A stretch of DNA of 64,000 nucleotides. Source: Trichoplax adhaerens. Taxonomy: Eukaryota > Animalia > Placozoa. Shown here one piece after another: positions 14,301 through 28,400 of this stretch. A program made the position numbers and the translations under genes. The notes beneath the pieces were generated by a model. That model was not told the DNA's origin and ran no database searches. It saw only the letters and a list, made by a program, of their open reading frames with translations. The stretch is taken from contig NW_002060944.1 in assembly GCF_000150275.1 (NCBI RefSeq), forward strand, positions 4,716,123 through 4,780,122. Direction: 5' to 3'. Position 1 is the stretch's first letter. Every line of letters begins with the position of its first letter.

Positions 14301-14958
14301 GAAAATAGTGATACATAGCGGTACAGTAATTAAACATGATGATGGCTAGCGCTAATTCTGAACGTTTTCTAACATCCAAGCTATCCAAATACAAACTACA
14401 CGTAGATTAATGAAGTAAACTGTGCTGCCTTATTCCTACTAATCTAGATGTTCATAGATTAAATTACTATTACGTCAAAAGTACTCTTTTTATATTCAAA
14501 TTCGGCTTATTACTCTATGGCGTTAATATTGACAGAGTGCAGTACGGTTATAGGTGGCTATTCATGCATTTATACTCTTTCATATAGTGCGATCGTATGT
14601 AATAGACATAGTTGGTATTTATGAGTGTATCAATCGGGGGGTATCGGGCGTTAACCAGTAAAAAAAGGAAGTACTACGGTACTTAGATTAAACTCTAAAC
14701 TGCAAATATATTATAGGTATAGCGTTCCATACAGCAGTGCAAGCAGTGGAATATAGTACCGTTAACATATTACATAGACGTGATCAAATCTGTTATTCGG
14801 GACTACGATAATCTCTTACGGTATTTTCTTCTGGTCTCTCAAGCGGTCATTTTTCATACTAGTTTTTTGGGCTTTCGAGTATACAGGCATTTTTAACCTT
14901 TTGATAGTAAAACGATAAGTGTTGAAATAGTCGTTAAACGATTAAATTACTGCTAAAT

Positions 14959-17900
14959 ATGGGACAAGATGAGGTAGATGGGAAACACGGTAAGATCGTT
15001 ATTTAATGATTGTGTTTAAAGCAATCGCGATGTTAATCAATTTTTTAATTCGCTATATCATCGAGTCTACTATTAAAGTGTAGAATTTTGATTACGAATT
15101 CATTTGCTAAGTCGCTCTAAATTCGGCTATGATGAGCAAGTAACATAATTAAAAGTGTACAATCATATACGTATATGTTGTAACTTAGTTGCTATTGATA
15201 ACGAATGAATCCTAACACAAACGCTCTCTCTGAGTAAAGCAAAGTACATCGACTTGATGAATTCGCCATCATAAGCAAGATCAATGAAAAAAATTTGATT
15301 GAATCAACAATATGGCGATCATTGAAACTGTAATAGGTTTTTTTGTTGAACTATACCGATCATTGCTATATAATAGTTTTCTCTAGTTGGATAGAATACT
15401 GTACTCTGTACAACAGTTGTTTTGCTGGAAAAAAATAATTCAATGTTCCATAGTTTTACCATTTCGTAACTTTAAATTATAACATTAACGACCGGCAATA
15501 GCATAAAATACAATAGTTGTGTAGGATCTTTAAAATATTGTAGCTGTCTCACAGCAAAATGACTTAAATTTATGTCTAGACAGGATCATATTCATATCCA
15601 TGCTTAACAATTATTCCGTATACTCGTTATGCTGTAGTTGACAGCGGTCGAGCCAGTAATGAAATTAATAGCAAGATTCAATTAACATACAACTAGCGTT
15701 TATCGTTTATTCTATGCAGTTACGTTAATTTATTGTACTGTGTCGTTTCCCTTTCAACTCGGTTAAAAAATCAGACCACTTAGAGAAATTTTAGCAGATT
15801 GTACAACTAGAATTACACCCGTTTATCTTATTTGTTTTAGTTAATTGTAATGTTTTCTTGTTGAATAAAGCTATCGAATCATACATGAAATTTAATCATG
15901 GGTTCATTCCATCGCACTACTAAACACGAAAGATTTTACTTATTGTATTTAAAAAGCTAAAATCTTTAAAATCTTTAACTTAATTCAGCTTCTTAATTGT
16001 TAGTGGTAGTTATTACATTATCCTCTATTTTGATACCATATTACCAGAAATTAATCACGGTCATGTTGCCATGATGTTATTATTCAGACATTTACTATTT
16101 CTAATGTTTCTTGATAAACTGAAATAAAAGAGGATTAACAACATTTTTAATAACTAAATATTCATCCATTATTAGGTAAAGCAAAACAGCATGATCCGGA
16201 CTTTAAAGGCCCCATCGCAAACCGGTAGGATATACGTAAATCGTTGCACTATTACATAACACACTCGTACCATAGAATACTGTAGACAGATTCATCATTA
16301 CTTTAATTATCTTCTGATACTGTAATAAATAAATAATAATTCCACAAGACATTAATTCCTATAATATTTAAGATGAAATTGATACGGTAAGTATTTACTA
16401 CCTGTAACCAAAAATTATGGTATTAAGTACAATATTACTAATCTATCCGTTCTATTATACTACGTAAGTTTTACGCGTAAATGTGTTGCAAATTTCGCTA
16501 CCATCTACCCTATGTACGAGGCTAATTTAATTGCTATTTTATTCTATTTTAGGGGCTGCACTGATATCATTTGCTGTTTACTATTCACGGCTTATGTGTT
16601 AGGATTATTCGTATTGGGTGTATTTGGTAAGAAAACACATCGAAATTAAAATTTGATAGTAATCTTGAATGTATTAATACTATCTGGTTAATTTATATTA
16701 TTGGCACATAAATTCTGTTCGTACATCATATATTTGGATAAATACCTCATTTATATGTAAGTCGTGAATCAATTTTTTTAATTAATATTTATTCCTGTCT
16801 AGCTTTCATTAATGGCAATCCATCACGTTTAATTTATCCTACTGACTCGTATGGTAAATTCACAATGATTATATCTATCTTTATTTGACATAATTATTGG
16901 GGCTTTAGACTGTTAATGATACTTTTAACTTAACTAACTAGGAAACTTGTGCGGTAGCGGAAATATGGCGTAAGTAGCAAAAATATTGTGTTTTGTACAA
17001 TATATTTAGAGTTTTACTTGTTTGATTTACGAATTTCTTATACGTTATTCCATAACAAATATATGTGCTAAAGTAGTTCAGTACTTGGCAAGGCATTACA
17101 GTAAAAAAGTTTGTAATTTCTATTAGGGATAAACCATATCTACTATTTTTTAATATCATGGAGTGTACGAAAGCCAGTGGTGTTTTTCAGTTTCAGTGTC
17201 CAACACAACAGGTCAGACTTCATTATCATGTAGCAATATCCTGGTAAAACACATTTTTTACTAATAAAAGGGTTTTAAACTATCTTTATGATATCCCATG
17301 ATAACAGAAGTGTCTCACTCGATAACTTTTGATTCTTTGTAGATTTGTGTCAAGAGTTGTCCTACGACCAACATGGATGGAATTCGATCACCGGCTAATG
17401 AAACTGTTTGTGTCTATCATGTAACTGCTTCCAGTCCATCTTCAACTGTAAGTTAAAGCTAAAATAGAACTTCCAAGCAATAGGATGTGGTCTTGCTTTC
17501 TTAGTATTTTACCTCTGCTTTAACTGTACTATTGTCATTAAAATATAGGATCGAACCAATCAGGTTCGAGATGGTGTATGTGCACCATTTTATCTCAAGA
17601 GTACTTCACGTAAGTATATAAATACTGTACGATATCAAACGTTTTTATATCCTCAAGCTGTATAATGTCACATTAAATTGAAAACTTATAATTTCGGTTA
17701 TTGTAGAGGTCAGACGCTGCATCCCTGATGTAATACAAAATTCAACAAGTGCAGTGGTAGACTCTACTACCGGGCAAACTTTGAAAACTCCTACAGGTGA
17801 CCCGTTCTCATTGTCAGATATTATAAACGGCGAAAGGTATTATAAATACTTGGATTATTTATGATGTATGCGTAAGTCATGGTTATTCTCTGATGTAACT

Positions 17901-20900
17901 TTCCATTTATTCTTGCAGTGGCGTTGCTAAGTTCTTAAATGCTCGAGTAATTGGTACAGCGGTAAGATTCTTATAATAAACGATTACGCATTTGTCCCTT
18001 TAAAGATAAAGATAATATTACTTGATAAATACCCTATAGGAATGTCGACTTATTATTATTAAAAATTTAAACATATTTTCTTTTTAGGTGGTATCAGATA
18101 TCAACAATACTTGGTACTTAATTCTTGGGTATGTTGCTTTAAATTAAATGAATGATTATATACAGTATTAACGACTTTTTATTGCAGTATTTCGTTACTG
18201 TTAATAAAATGATATTGGTTATATTTATCATGATTAACTATTGATCTTTGTGTATTACAACGTTTAGTGCTGTTGGTGTCGCTATGGCTTGTTCTCTTGT
18301 TTATATTCTTATCATGAGGTAGATATAGGATAGATAATATGTATATAATTAATATTTTGTATAAAATCTTTATAATTAGATTGTAGTGGAATGAAATAGT
18401 ACAGTAATGATTCAATATTCTAACTGATAAGTATGAAATTTACAGATGGATAGCAGGTCCCATGGTATGGTTGAGCATGTTGGGATTAGTTGCAACATTA
18501 TCGTATAGTAAGTAATCATTTTCGTTGTATAGTGACGTATTATTTAATTATTAAAGGAAACAACATAAATAGGTTAGATCTGATATTACAATTTCATTAT
18601 ATATTTATCCCTATTTTGTTGTATAACATAGGTGGTTATTACTGTTTCAATCAGTACAGTATATTAAATGCTTCCAATAGCAGCATCAGTTTTAGTTTTA
18701 CGACAAGCATAAAAGAGTATGGACAAATGAAGGAAACGTGGCTCGCTGGAGGTAAGATAAAGACATCATTAACGTTTTTCTTAAAACTAGATAAAATGAA
18801 AACATTCAATTTTGATATACCTTTGTTATACTTGCAATTGGGTGATAATATCTGTAATCATAGAAAATAAATTAATATTTCATTTTGTGTGCGATAGGAA
18901 TTACCTCTGCTGTTGTAGGTGGCATCATTCTTCTTATTTTAATCTTCTTACGTGATCGTGTTAGCATCGCAATAGAACTAATTGAAGAAGCTAGCCAGTA
19001 AGCACTATATTAATAAGTAGCTTATTTTGGCTACGATTTGACTAATTAACATTATAAAGGGTTTGAAAGAATTCTTACTATCTTTTTAAGTCTAATAATC
19101 TCATTGTTATTAGGGCTGTTCGAGCAATGTGTTCGACTATTTTTTTCCCACTATTTTCATTCCTGTTGCAGCTTGCGACAATTGCCTGGTGGGTTGGCGT
19201 GGAACTGTATCTTAACATAAATTATTGTAGCATGAATACCGATTATAATCTGTGATCTTTTGTTAATGTATTATGAGATTTTTCCTTAATTTGTTGAAAG
19301 CTTTCTTTTATCCGCCGGAACAAAATTGTACGAAGTTACTTTAGTGCCAACGTCGGCAAATAGTAATTACACTGCGGCATCAGTTTGTAATCCTGCCGTA
19401 AGTTAAAATCTTTGTATATATCATTTTCGTCTTGGTATAAGCTTATGAAGGTTAATTAATTTAGAACTAAGTGCTTGCATTTTATATTTTTGATGGTATC
19501 TTAGAATTTCAGCCTTAGTGAGCTAAGTCGGGGAGTAATTTGTCAGTTTGTCAATTATGCTGGTGCCAAGTACGATAAGACAAATGATGTTATGGTTATA
19601 ATTTTTATTACCGTGTTGCGGATACTTGTAGAGCTTATGATATCATAACTATTGCATTTTAGTGCGTACATATACATGCAAATTTATCACCTTTTTGGTT
19701 TCCTTTGGGTGCTAAATTTTGTTATTGCACTGTCTCATTGCACACTTGCGGGGGCATTTGCTTCTTGGTATTGGGCATTTAATAAACCAGAGGTGAAGCC
19801 ATTGCTGTTCTTATCGCGATTTTAAATTATTTACTTCCAAAAAGTGAAGTTTTTCATAAACGCGTTTATTCTTTTATACATTCACAGGACATTCCATCGG
19901 CTCCTTTATTGGGTTCATTATGGCGTTGTTTCAGGTTTGATAACAGTTATAATTTTTATTTTTAGACCATACCTGCTGGGAGTTACAGTAATATAGAAAC
20001 TATCCAATTTGTATCACCCTGTGAGTTAGATATCATATTGGCTCATTGGCTTTTGGAGCACTAATTATCGCTATTGTTCAATTAATTCGAATTATTATTG
20101 AATTTTTGGAAAAACAACTTCGAGGTTGGTATTTGCTAATTATCATAAAATATTTTATTCATTTCGTTTTTACCGATAGTAATGATGATCCTATATGTTT
20201 TACTGTCTTTAAATAGCTGGTCCGCATGACAAGGCAAATCCTATACGAGAATTCTTCTTTAAGTACGTACTAAATTTATTTGCATGCTTTTTATTTATTT
20301 TTGAAGGTTTTTACGATATACTGTATCGTTTATGAGATAACGACAGATTCTAATAGCAAAGTATAATTCATATATAGTTGTCTGAGGTGTTGTTTTTGGT
20401 GCTTGGAAAAGTTTCTCAAATTTATTAACAAGAACGCATATATTGAGGTCTGTATAGTTATTATATTTCATGAATGCTTTGACTTAAATAATAGGTGCTT
20501 TTTGTTAAGCATTGTGGGATTCTGTACTTGATTTAGATCGCCATATACGGCAAGAACTTTTGTATTTCGGCTAAGAATGCTTTTAGTTTATTACTGCGAA
20601 ACATTTTGAGGTATTCGAAAATAATTGTAAGCAAGCCTTACACAGTGATATCATGTTAGCTTTATATTACAAAATTTAGGGTTGCCATCGTGGATAATGT
20701 TACTGCTTTCTTGCTATTCTTGGGAAAGTTATTAATTGTGGGCATTACTGGTAAATTCTTCTCTCTTGACGTGATCTTAAAAGGTATATTTCTTTATACA
20801 AATTCTTCGTATCTAATATTTATATTTACTTTCAGGAATTGCTAGCTTCTATTACTTCAGAAATCGAAGTGACTTAAATTATTACTTGGTTCCTGTCATC

Positions 20901-21317
20901 GTAAGCGTAATAATTATCATTGTCATTACCCTGATATAGTACATAGATTATTATCAGCTAGTAATGATTAATAATGATGCTCTTTTATTAAATATAGATC
21001 ATCATTATATGCGCATATGTTATTGCAAGTGTCTTTTTCGGCGTTTATGATATGGCCGTAGACACACTATTCCTTTGTTTCCGTAAGTTTCGTACGATAT
21101 ATGCTTGTTTGTATGACATTGACTGCACTAGGCCGTAAAATATTCATAAAATATTCTACTTCCGTGCGCAATTATAGTGGAAGATCTCGAAAGAAATGAC
21201 GGATCCACTGAGAAGCCATATTTTATGTCAAAAGATCTCAAAAGGATCGTTCACAAAGAAAATGAAAAGCCTAAAGATGAGGCCGACAACAAAGCCGAAA
21301 TGGCCGAAGTTGCATAA
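14959..21317 (+). CDS. SLC44A: Choline transporter-like protein (SLC44/CTL family, CTL2/4/5-like), 28 coding exons
   Basis: Hand-spliced phase-consistent GT-AG exons: 14959-14989, 16176-16224, 16553-16626, 16803-16853, 16942-16969, 17127-17211, 17343-17447, 17549-17609, 17707-17836, 17919-17961, 18088-18128, 18268-18318, 18446-18507, 18632-18751, 18898-18997, 19114-19206, 19301-19397, 19505-19569, 19663-19792, 19888-19934, 20030-20124, 20217-20262, 20378-20447, 20537-20610, 20680-20750, 20836-20900, 20998-21082, 21178-21317 (TAA). Translation has CTL hallmarks: [128 protein letters not shown]. Confidence 0.95.
19207..19300 (+). other. Probable U12-type (minor spliceosome) GT-AG intron in the SLC44 gene
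   Basis: 5' splice site GTATCTTAAC (U12 consensus RTATCCTT), branch-point TTCCTTAAT at 19282-19290, 10 nt before the intron end, and no polypyrimidine tract (ttgttgaaag). Reading frame WWVGVEL/FLLSAG is continuous across it. Confidence 0.75.
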
Positions 21318-21852
21318 AATTCTACATGCTAATTATAATTTTGACTTAACAATCTCAGAATCATTAAAAGGCTTCATTTGGTGGATTGTTTTTACGTTAC
21401 TTGTGGATTTTAATAATAGCGAAGATCAAAGTGGTTAATGACATCACACGTATTGTATATGTGTGAGTTCACGTTTTCGTAAAATATAGAATATTTGTAA
21501 TTAAGGTAGCTGCGTTATATCAGAATATGTCTTAGATTAAACGCGGATCACATTTTAGAAGATGTGCTAATTTTAATGGTGTTTGTATTGCTGTAAGACT
21601 TTTTAAACGTTCATTCTCATGCTGTTAGTCGATCATTAATTCACTGTAATCAGTATTAATATTACCATTTACCAACCTGCTTGGATAGTTAAGGTGTAAC
21701 TGATCGGTGAGTAATTTTTTTCCGTACGTATACGTTGACGACAATTTAGCAATATGTCATAGATAATTGCAGACCTGGTGTGCTACAATACTTATTCTGC
21801 TAGTGTGTCATTATGAAATACATGTTTTGCATTAATCTTGCTCGGAACGTTA

Positions 21853-21959
21853 AATAAAAATAATTGCCTTTAAGCTAGAATTTCTTTCAATATTAGCTTG
21901 ATTTCATTGGTTCATTTTTTAGTCAATACCAAATTAGTACATAAAAAACGATTTTTATT
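21853..21959. terminator. Candidate convergent polyadenylation signals of SLC44 (+, AATAAA 21853-21858) and ninein (-, AATAAA = TTTATT 21954-21959)
   Basis: Hexamers lie about 500 bp downstream of each stop codon and about 100 bp apart. AATAAA is frequent in AT-rich DNA, so support is weak. Confidence 0.35.
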
Positions 21960-22467
21960 TATGATTTCGTAATTAATTTCTGTATACAGTACAGTATCAT
22001 TTTTTAATGGTAAATTTTTACTTCGGTAAGAAATTGTTTATTTATGAGCTGAGAAATATAATTGATATACTCGCTATATACAGTGCATTATCTTTTAGAC
22101 AAGATATTATATTAACTTATGAATATCGTGATAGAAAACTAGTAAGTGCAATATGCCATAATTTAACCGATGAGTGCGAATCGGTTACTACCATACAATT
22201 TTTAAGTATTAGAGTTATTCGATTTGACCGCACTATTGCTTGCAAATTAATGATTATTTTGCAAATGAAAGTAAAAATAAGTTAAGATATACTGCTTGGC
22301 TAAAATTGATGGAGAAAATCAGTTGAAACATGGAAATCTTATGATTGTAAAAATAATAATGAATTATTCTTGAATAGCGCAGTAAGGTATTTAATAGACT
22401 GTAAGTACACTCACAATCATGGTGGTGATTGCTAATGTGTTGCTGATATATTAATGAAAAATAGAGC

Positions 22468-25400
22468 TCAAATAGTAGCTTTACAGACGCTATTTAACAA
22501 TTTTTGTAATTTGCCTTTTTGAGCAGAAATATTGAAACAATCCTTTTCAAGTTTTTTACGATTTTGTTCCGAATTGTATAGTTGTTTAGATAATTTACAA
22601 TTTTCCAAGTATAATTCGGATACTAAGATGTTATTGCGTTCGGTTTTATTCTCAGCTTCAATAATCTAAATTGAACGAATAGGTAGATAATAGAAGCATT
22701 AGGTTGGTCACTGGTAAGGTAAATATTGAACAGGCATATCGATCTAGTTGAGTTAATTAATAGATATTATTAACAAGACTAGTCTTAAACTGTCATACCT
22801 GTGCTCGCATCAAACTGATGTGACTTTCCATTGCATCGCGCGTTTCCTTTAATCTTAGACATAACTCTTCTTTCTCACGGAGTAAGTCACTTTTATCGCG
22901 TAAATGTTTCTCGATTTCGCGTTGGAACTCTTGCCGTTGCATATAACCTCCTGCTGCATAGCTTTCCATTTCTTTCTTTAATTGCAAATAATTGGTTTCC
23001 TTATCTAGCAGCTGTAATGAATGATACGATAATAGATACCCAGTTCAGTACTGATAAAGAGTTATAGTTATCATAGGTAAGTAAATTAAGCAATAGGTTA
23101 TCTAGCTAGACTGATAATTTATATAAAAGCTTGCATGTCATTAGTTGAAAAATATCAGCTGTGGATATCCTACCTTATTTTTTAAAAGCCCTAATTCTTG
23201 CTGTAAAACATCCAGTTGCGCTTTCTCTTCCCGTTCTTTTTGTTGAATTTTCTCCGATAATTGGGTTACATCTAGTCGATGTAATTGCTTCTCGTTATTT
23301 AATTCCTGGACAGCTTGTTGTATCTAACAAAGATAGAATCAATATGATTGTGATTAATAACAATGATAATATCCCATTGCTTATGCTATGATTATGGACA
23401 AATTTATTTAAAAAGATATTTTTCTCTATTAACCTTATTATTGGATTCTTTCATTTCTTTTTCGGATGATTGTAGTTTGTTTTTAAGTAATTCAATTTCA
23501 TTTTTAGATGCTTCTTGTATAGACGAAATTTGTTCCATAGATGATGCGTTTTGTTGCAATCTTTGCTCTAGTATTTGCCTTTGAGAGGTAACTTTAACTA
23601 TTTCCATTCGCAAGGACTGTATAGTAATCTACAGTAATACAATCAAGAGTAATATAGAATTTTTTTATTAATCCATTAATAGTCTTACAGGATCAATTCC
23701 ATTGAAATAATTACTAATTAATCTAGCAATTTACTTACTTCAGACTTGATGATTTTTTCTCTTACTTCAGTTACTTCCTTTTCACTATTTTGATATTTCA
23801 TTGTCAGCCGATCCATTTCCATCTGATATGCAGTTGTTTTTGCTGATTCTTTTTCAAGGCTTTCCTCTTTAGACTAAATAATTGAAGTATTAATTCTTAA
23901 TCGTCTTATTCTACTATTGAGCACGAGTAAAGTTATGGAATAACTAACTATGTAAGCACGGTAATAGATATTACACTATACCTTTTCAATCTCTTTGATG
24001 GTCATTTCGAGACTATCAATATTATCTACCAATAACTTATTTCGTTCAGATAATTGACGAGTTGATTTTTCCCAATTGGCTTTTTCTCTATAAAATTATA
24101 AAATAATTAAAAAAATAATGAAGTCGATATAGAACTATTTACCTAATAGTATACTATATGAATAATATAGTGAACAAATTATATTGCATGAACTAGAACA
24201 TATATATCGATAGATATCGACAATTAACTTACAGATAGTGCTCTTCAATCTTTTCTTGCAATTTTTTGGTACCTTCTTCAGAACTATTACCAACCAATGC
24301 TAATTTCTCTTCAAATAAGGCAAGTTTAGTCTCTAATTCGATATTTTCTTGCTGCATACGATTTAATTCATTTTGCACTTGTGAGCATTGGTTCATTAAT
24401 GATTCACGTTCCGTATGCATAACTCGCATAATTTCAGCTTTATCTGCTTGATGTTCATCTTTCATAGTTTGATTGTCTAGCATTAATTTTTTCTTGTCAA
24501 GATTTAATTGATCGATTGATTTTTGCAGCTCTTGGCTTTGATGTGAGATAGCATTGCTTTTAGCCTTTTCCAATTCATCTTTATCGCGATAATATTGCTC
24601 CATTAATTGTTGTATCTCAGCACGATGTTCTTGTTGCAATAATTTTTTCAATTCATCTTTATCATGTCCATGCTGTTTGCGTAAATCTTCCATTTCTCTT
24701 TTCCATTTGTTCTCTTTCTCTTGTAATAGTTGTTCAAATTTTAATTTCTCTTTATTAATATTATCCATTAATTCTTTTTGGTGTTTCGCTAACTCACTGG
24801 ATTGATTACGTTCACGTTCTAATTTTATTTTCTCATCCAAAGTTTGTTTAAATTTAGCTTCCAATTGGCTCTTTTCTAATTCCAAACTATCTTTTTGCCG
24901 TTTAAACTCTTCATCTAATTTAATTTTTTCATCCGCTAAGACACGGCTTAATTCCTTTAAATCCTCTTCATGTTGTTGCTCTAAATCTTGACGTTTCTTT
25001 TGAAATAAAGCTTCAAATTCTTCACGTATTTTCTTACCATCTTGATTCATTGATTTCTCTAACACCGATTTCTCGTTATTGAAATTTTGCTGTAATTCAT
25101 TAATTTTCGATTCCAATGATTCTTGATGTTCACTTTCTAGTTGTTCTTTTAATCGATTTTTTTCACGGGCAAATCGATTCTCTAATTCAAGGCGTTCTTT
25201 TTCATAATTTGCTATAACGTCCATTTTTTCTTGATTTTTTTCCTCTTCTAATTTACTTTTATCAGATATAAAAATTTCTTCTAACTGGATCTTTTCTTGA
25301 AGATAGTCTTCTTCAAGATCTTTTCTTTCCTTCTCAAAACGTTTCTCCATAGTTTCTTTTTCATCAGCATATGAATCAATAATTTGACTCCTTTCTTGAT

Positions 25401-28400
25401 CGAATTCGTTCTCTAAATTTTCTTTCTCGATCTCGAAATCTTTCCTTTTTTGCATTAATTCTTTCTTATGAGATTTTATTAACTCTTCACTTTCTTTATT
25501 TAATGAAGCAATTTCATTTTCTAATTCCTCAATTTTGCTATTCAGGTCATTAATTAATTGATTGAGCTCTTCGATATGATGTTGTAATTGCTGCATTTCA
25601 TCAGAATTACGACTTCTTTCTCCTGCTAATTTTTTTAGGTCGTCCATTTCACGTGCTAGAGTTTCACGAAGTTTAGCTGTTTCTCGATCATGAGTCTCAT
25701 AAATTTCAATCTTTTCCTTAGTAAATGCATCATTTATTGAATTATACTTTTCTTTCCATTCTTCTACATCATTCTTTAAAGCTTCGACCTCTGTTAAAAT
25801 GGATTCAAGTAGGGATATTACTTACTGTATTCCTACATCATTATAGTGCAATCTATGGATTTCAAATATCTACTGCTGGCTATTTCTATCAGATCGTTGC
25901 TCACTAATGACAGGGCAGTTGTACTCTTGACAACGAATTGATGTTACTATTGATTTAAAAGTTTTCTCGTACATCAGTTCAATTACATAAGTTTGAATTT
26001 GAATGATTGCTACTCAGGGCCAAAACTGCCCATTTGGGTAATACAGCAAGAAATTATTGACTCTATTGATGAGAAAGATCGATTTGACTACCGCACCACA
26101 TAGAAATTATGGTTACAATTTGTATTCTAACGCTGAGATGATTAAAATTAGATCCTTTGCTCACTTTAGACCTTGGTACTCAATTAAGATTGCCGATTAA
26201 GGCAATTTAAATACTAATTAAACTGGATCATCTATCTTGCAATATCCTATCAAATTACATTACAAGAATCTATTCTAGTAATCATGCGAAATTGACGGGA
26301 TAAACTGTTTGTGGTACTTGAATTGTAGTTTGAATTAAACATAGTAGATCTAATATGATCGAAAGTACATATATATATTTACTTTATATATGTTAAACTA
26401 ACATATACATATGTATTTCTTATACAAACATATTGATTTACTTCATATTTATTTATAATTAGCCAAAATTGATTCAATCTATTGTATCGTTGAAGGATAA
26501 TTAACTTACGTCTTTCAGCTGCACTTGGCTCTCGCTCTTTCTTCAATTTCTTCAAGACATCCGATTCCGCGCCAGAACTTGTTTCAGAGCTAGATTCAGA
26601 ATCAGAATCTGATTCGACAGTTCTTCGCTTAACGATTAATGGCTTAGCATAATCGGATAAGACGGAGCCAACACGACCTACGCCTCTTCCTCCACCAACT
26701 CCACGAGGACCACCACGTCGATTAAATGTATTATTCAACTGAGCAATTTGATCCTGATACTTATCACAGCGTGTTGTTAATTCATCGACTTGATCACGTA
26801 ATTCACGATTTTGTTGCTCTAATTCCCGTAATTCTTGTTGAGCAAAACTGCTTTGTTGTTTATTCAGATCTTCACGTTGAGCATCAAATTCAGCCAACTA
26901 AAAGAGCAAAAATGCAAATAAATAGAAATGATCGATTAAGCGATGGTATTAAACGCAATAAAATCGGCTACTGATTAGAGTGATAGCGATGGGGGAATAT
27001 ATGCATTATAACTTGTAGACTTTGTCCTCATCAACATACCTTAGAGGATAACTCTGAAGCTGACTCTAATTCCTTGGTTAATCGAAGGATATTTCGCTGA
27101 GCATCGAGTAATCTGCCTTGCGTTGATGCTAATTCAGCACCTAAACGACTGTTTTCCTACAATGGATGTGATAAAAGGAGATGTTATTCTGCATGTAGGC
27201 TTAACTTGAATCAGGATAAAGGAAAAGTTATAATTATCCTCCAATCCATTATTGTGGATGGTGAGGGATTAAATCGTCTCATTAACCTATCAGTATTCTT
27301 ATGAATAAAAATGGGATAGCCTGATGTTACTCACTCTGGTCAAACTATCCCTGATCTTACAAGTAGAGCAAGAAAAGAGTAAATATGATATACTACTAGC
27401 TCGCATAATTCAAGACTAAAATTTATTGACGCTCATTTATTAAGTGAAGTATTTCATCAAATAATGTTGCTGAAGTGAGAGAGAGAAAGTAATTTAATTT
27501 TACTGCCTAGCTTAATTCAAGGATAAGGATTGTTATGCTCATTTATCGATAGAATTATCGGATTAAACAGCCATTTAGAAGGGAAAGGGGTGTAATTTAA
27601 TCCTACTAAATCGTTTAATTTAAGATTGAAAACACGATTGCTCGTTCTCTTATTCTTTAAAAACATCTAATTAAACCTATCAGCAGCTGCTTAGAAGAGC
27701 AGAAGAGTCATTTAATGCAATTCACTGGACTAATCCATAGCTAAGGATTATTACACTCGATTACGGAATGAAATAATCGAATCAAAGTATCAACAGCCTG
27801 TTCGAAAGAGTAATTTGATGCTAGTAACTAGTTTTAATTCAAACTAAAGGTTTGTCGATTTTCAATCACCTAACCAAGTTACTTATTAAAGAAAGAAAAG
27901 AAGAGAGGGAGAGATAATTGGATGCTATTTAACCATTCTGATACAAAATTAAAAGACTAAATTATTCGGCTGGTTTGTTAGCAGAATCTTTCTAATTTTT
28001 ACTATCTTGTCGTTCTAGCAAAGGCTATTCTTTACCTCTTCTGAGTCGGCTAATTTATCTTTCAAATTTTGCTCCTCATATCTCTGCTGACCAATAGAAT
28101 TTTCCATTTTCTGGATCTGTTTGGTAGTCTGTTGATTCCATTTCTCTCGTTCGACTTCCATCTCCTTATGTAGTGTTTGTAATCGACTTTGGAATTCTCG
28201 TTCGGCATTTCTATTGATTAATCAATTCAAAATTTATTTAGAATCATAAAGCTTGGACTGACTATTATGTATACGATATAATTTTAACAATTAAGTATTA
28301 TACAGCGGATAATACGGACTTTAATATATTTTGATGTGTTCGATCTTGATCAGCGCTTCTTTCTTCTGATTCACGAATTAGCATAGTTTGTTCCTCACCA

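Noticed and set aside
22831-26974. Plus-strand ORFs 22831-23067, 23161-23391, 23363-23584, 24266-24451, 25725-25907, 26726-26974
   Set aside because: Antisense shadows of ninein exons; no independent coding signal.
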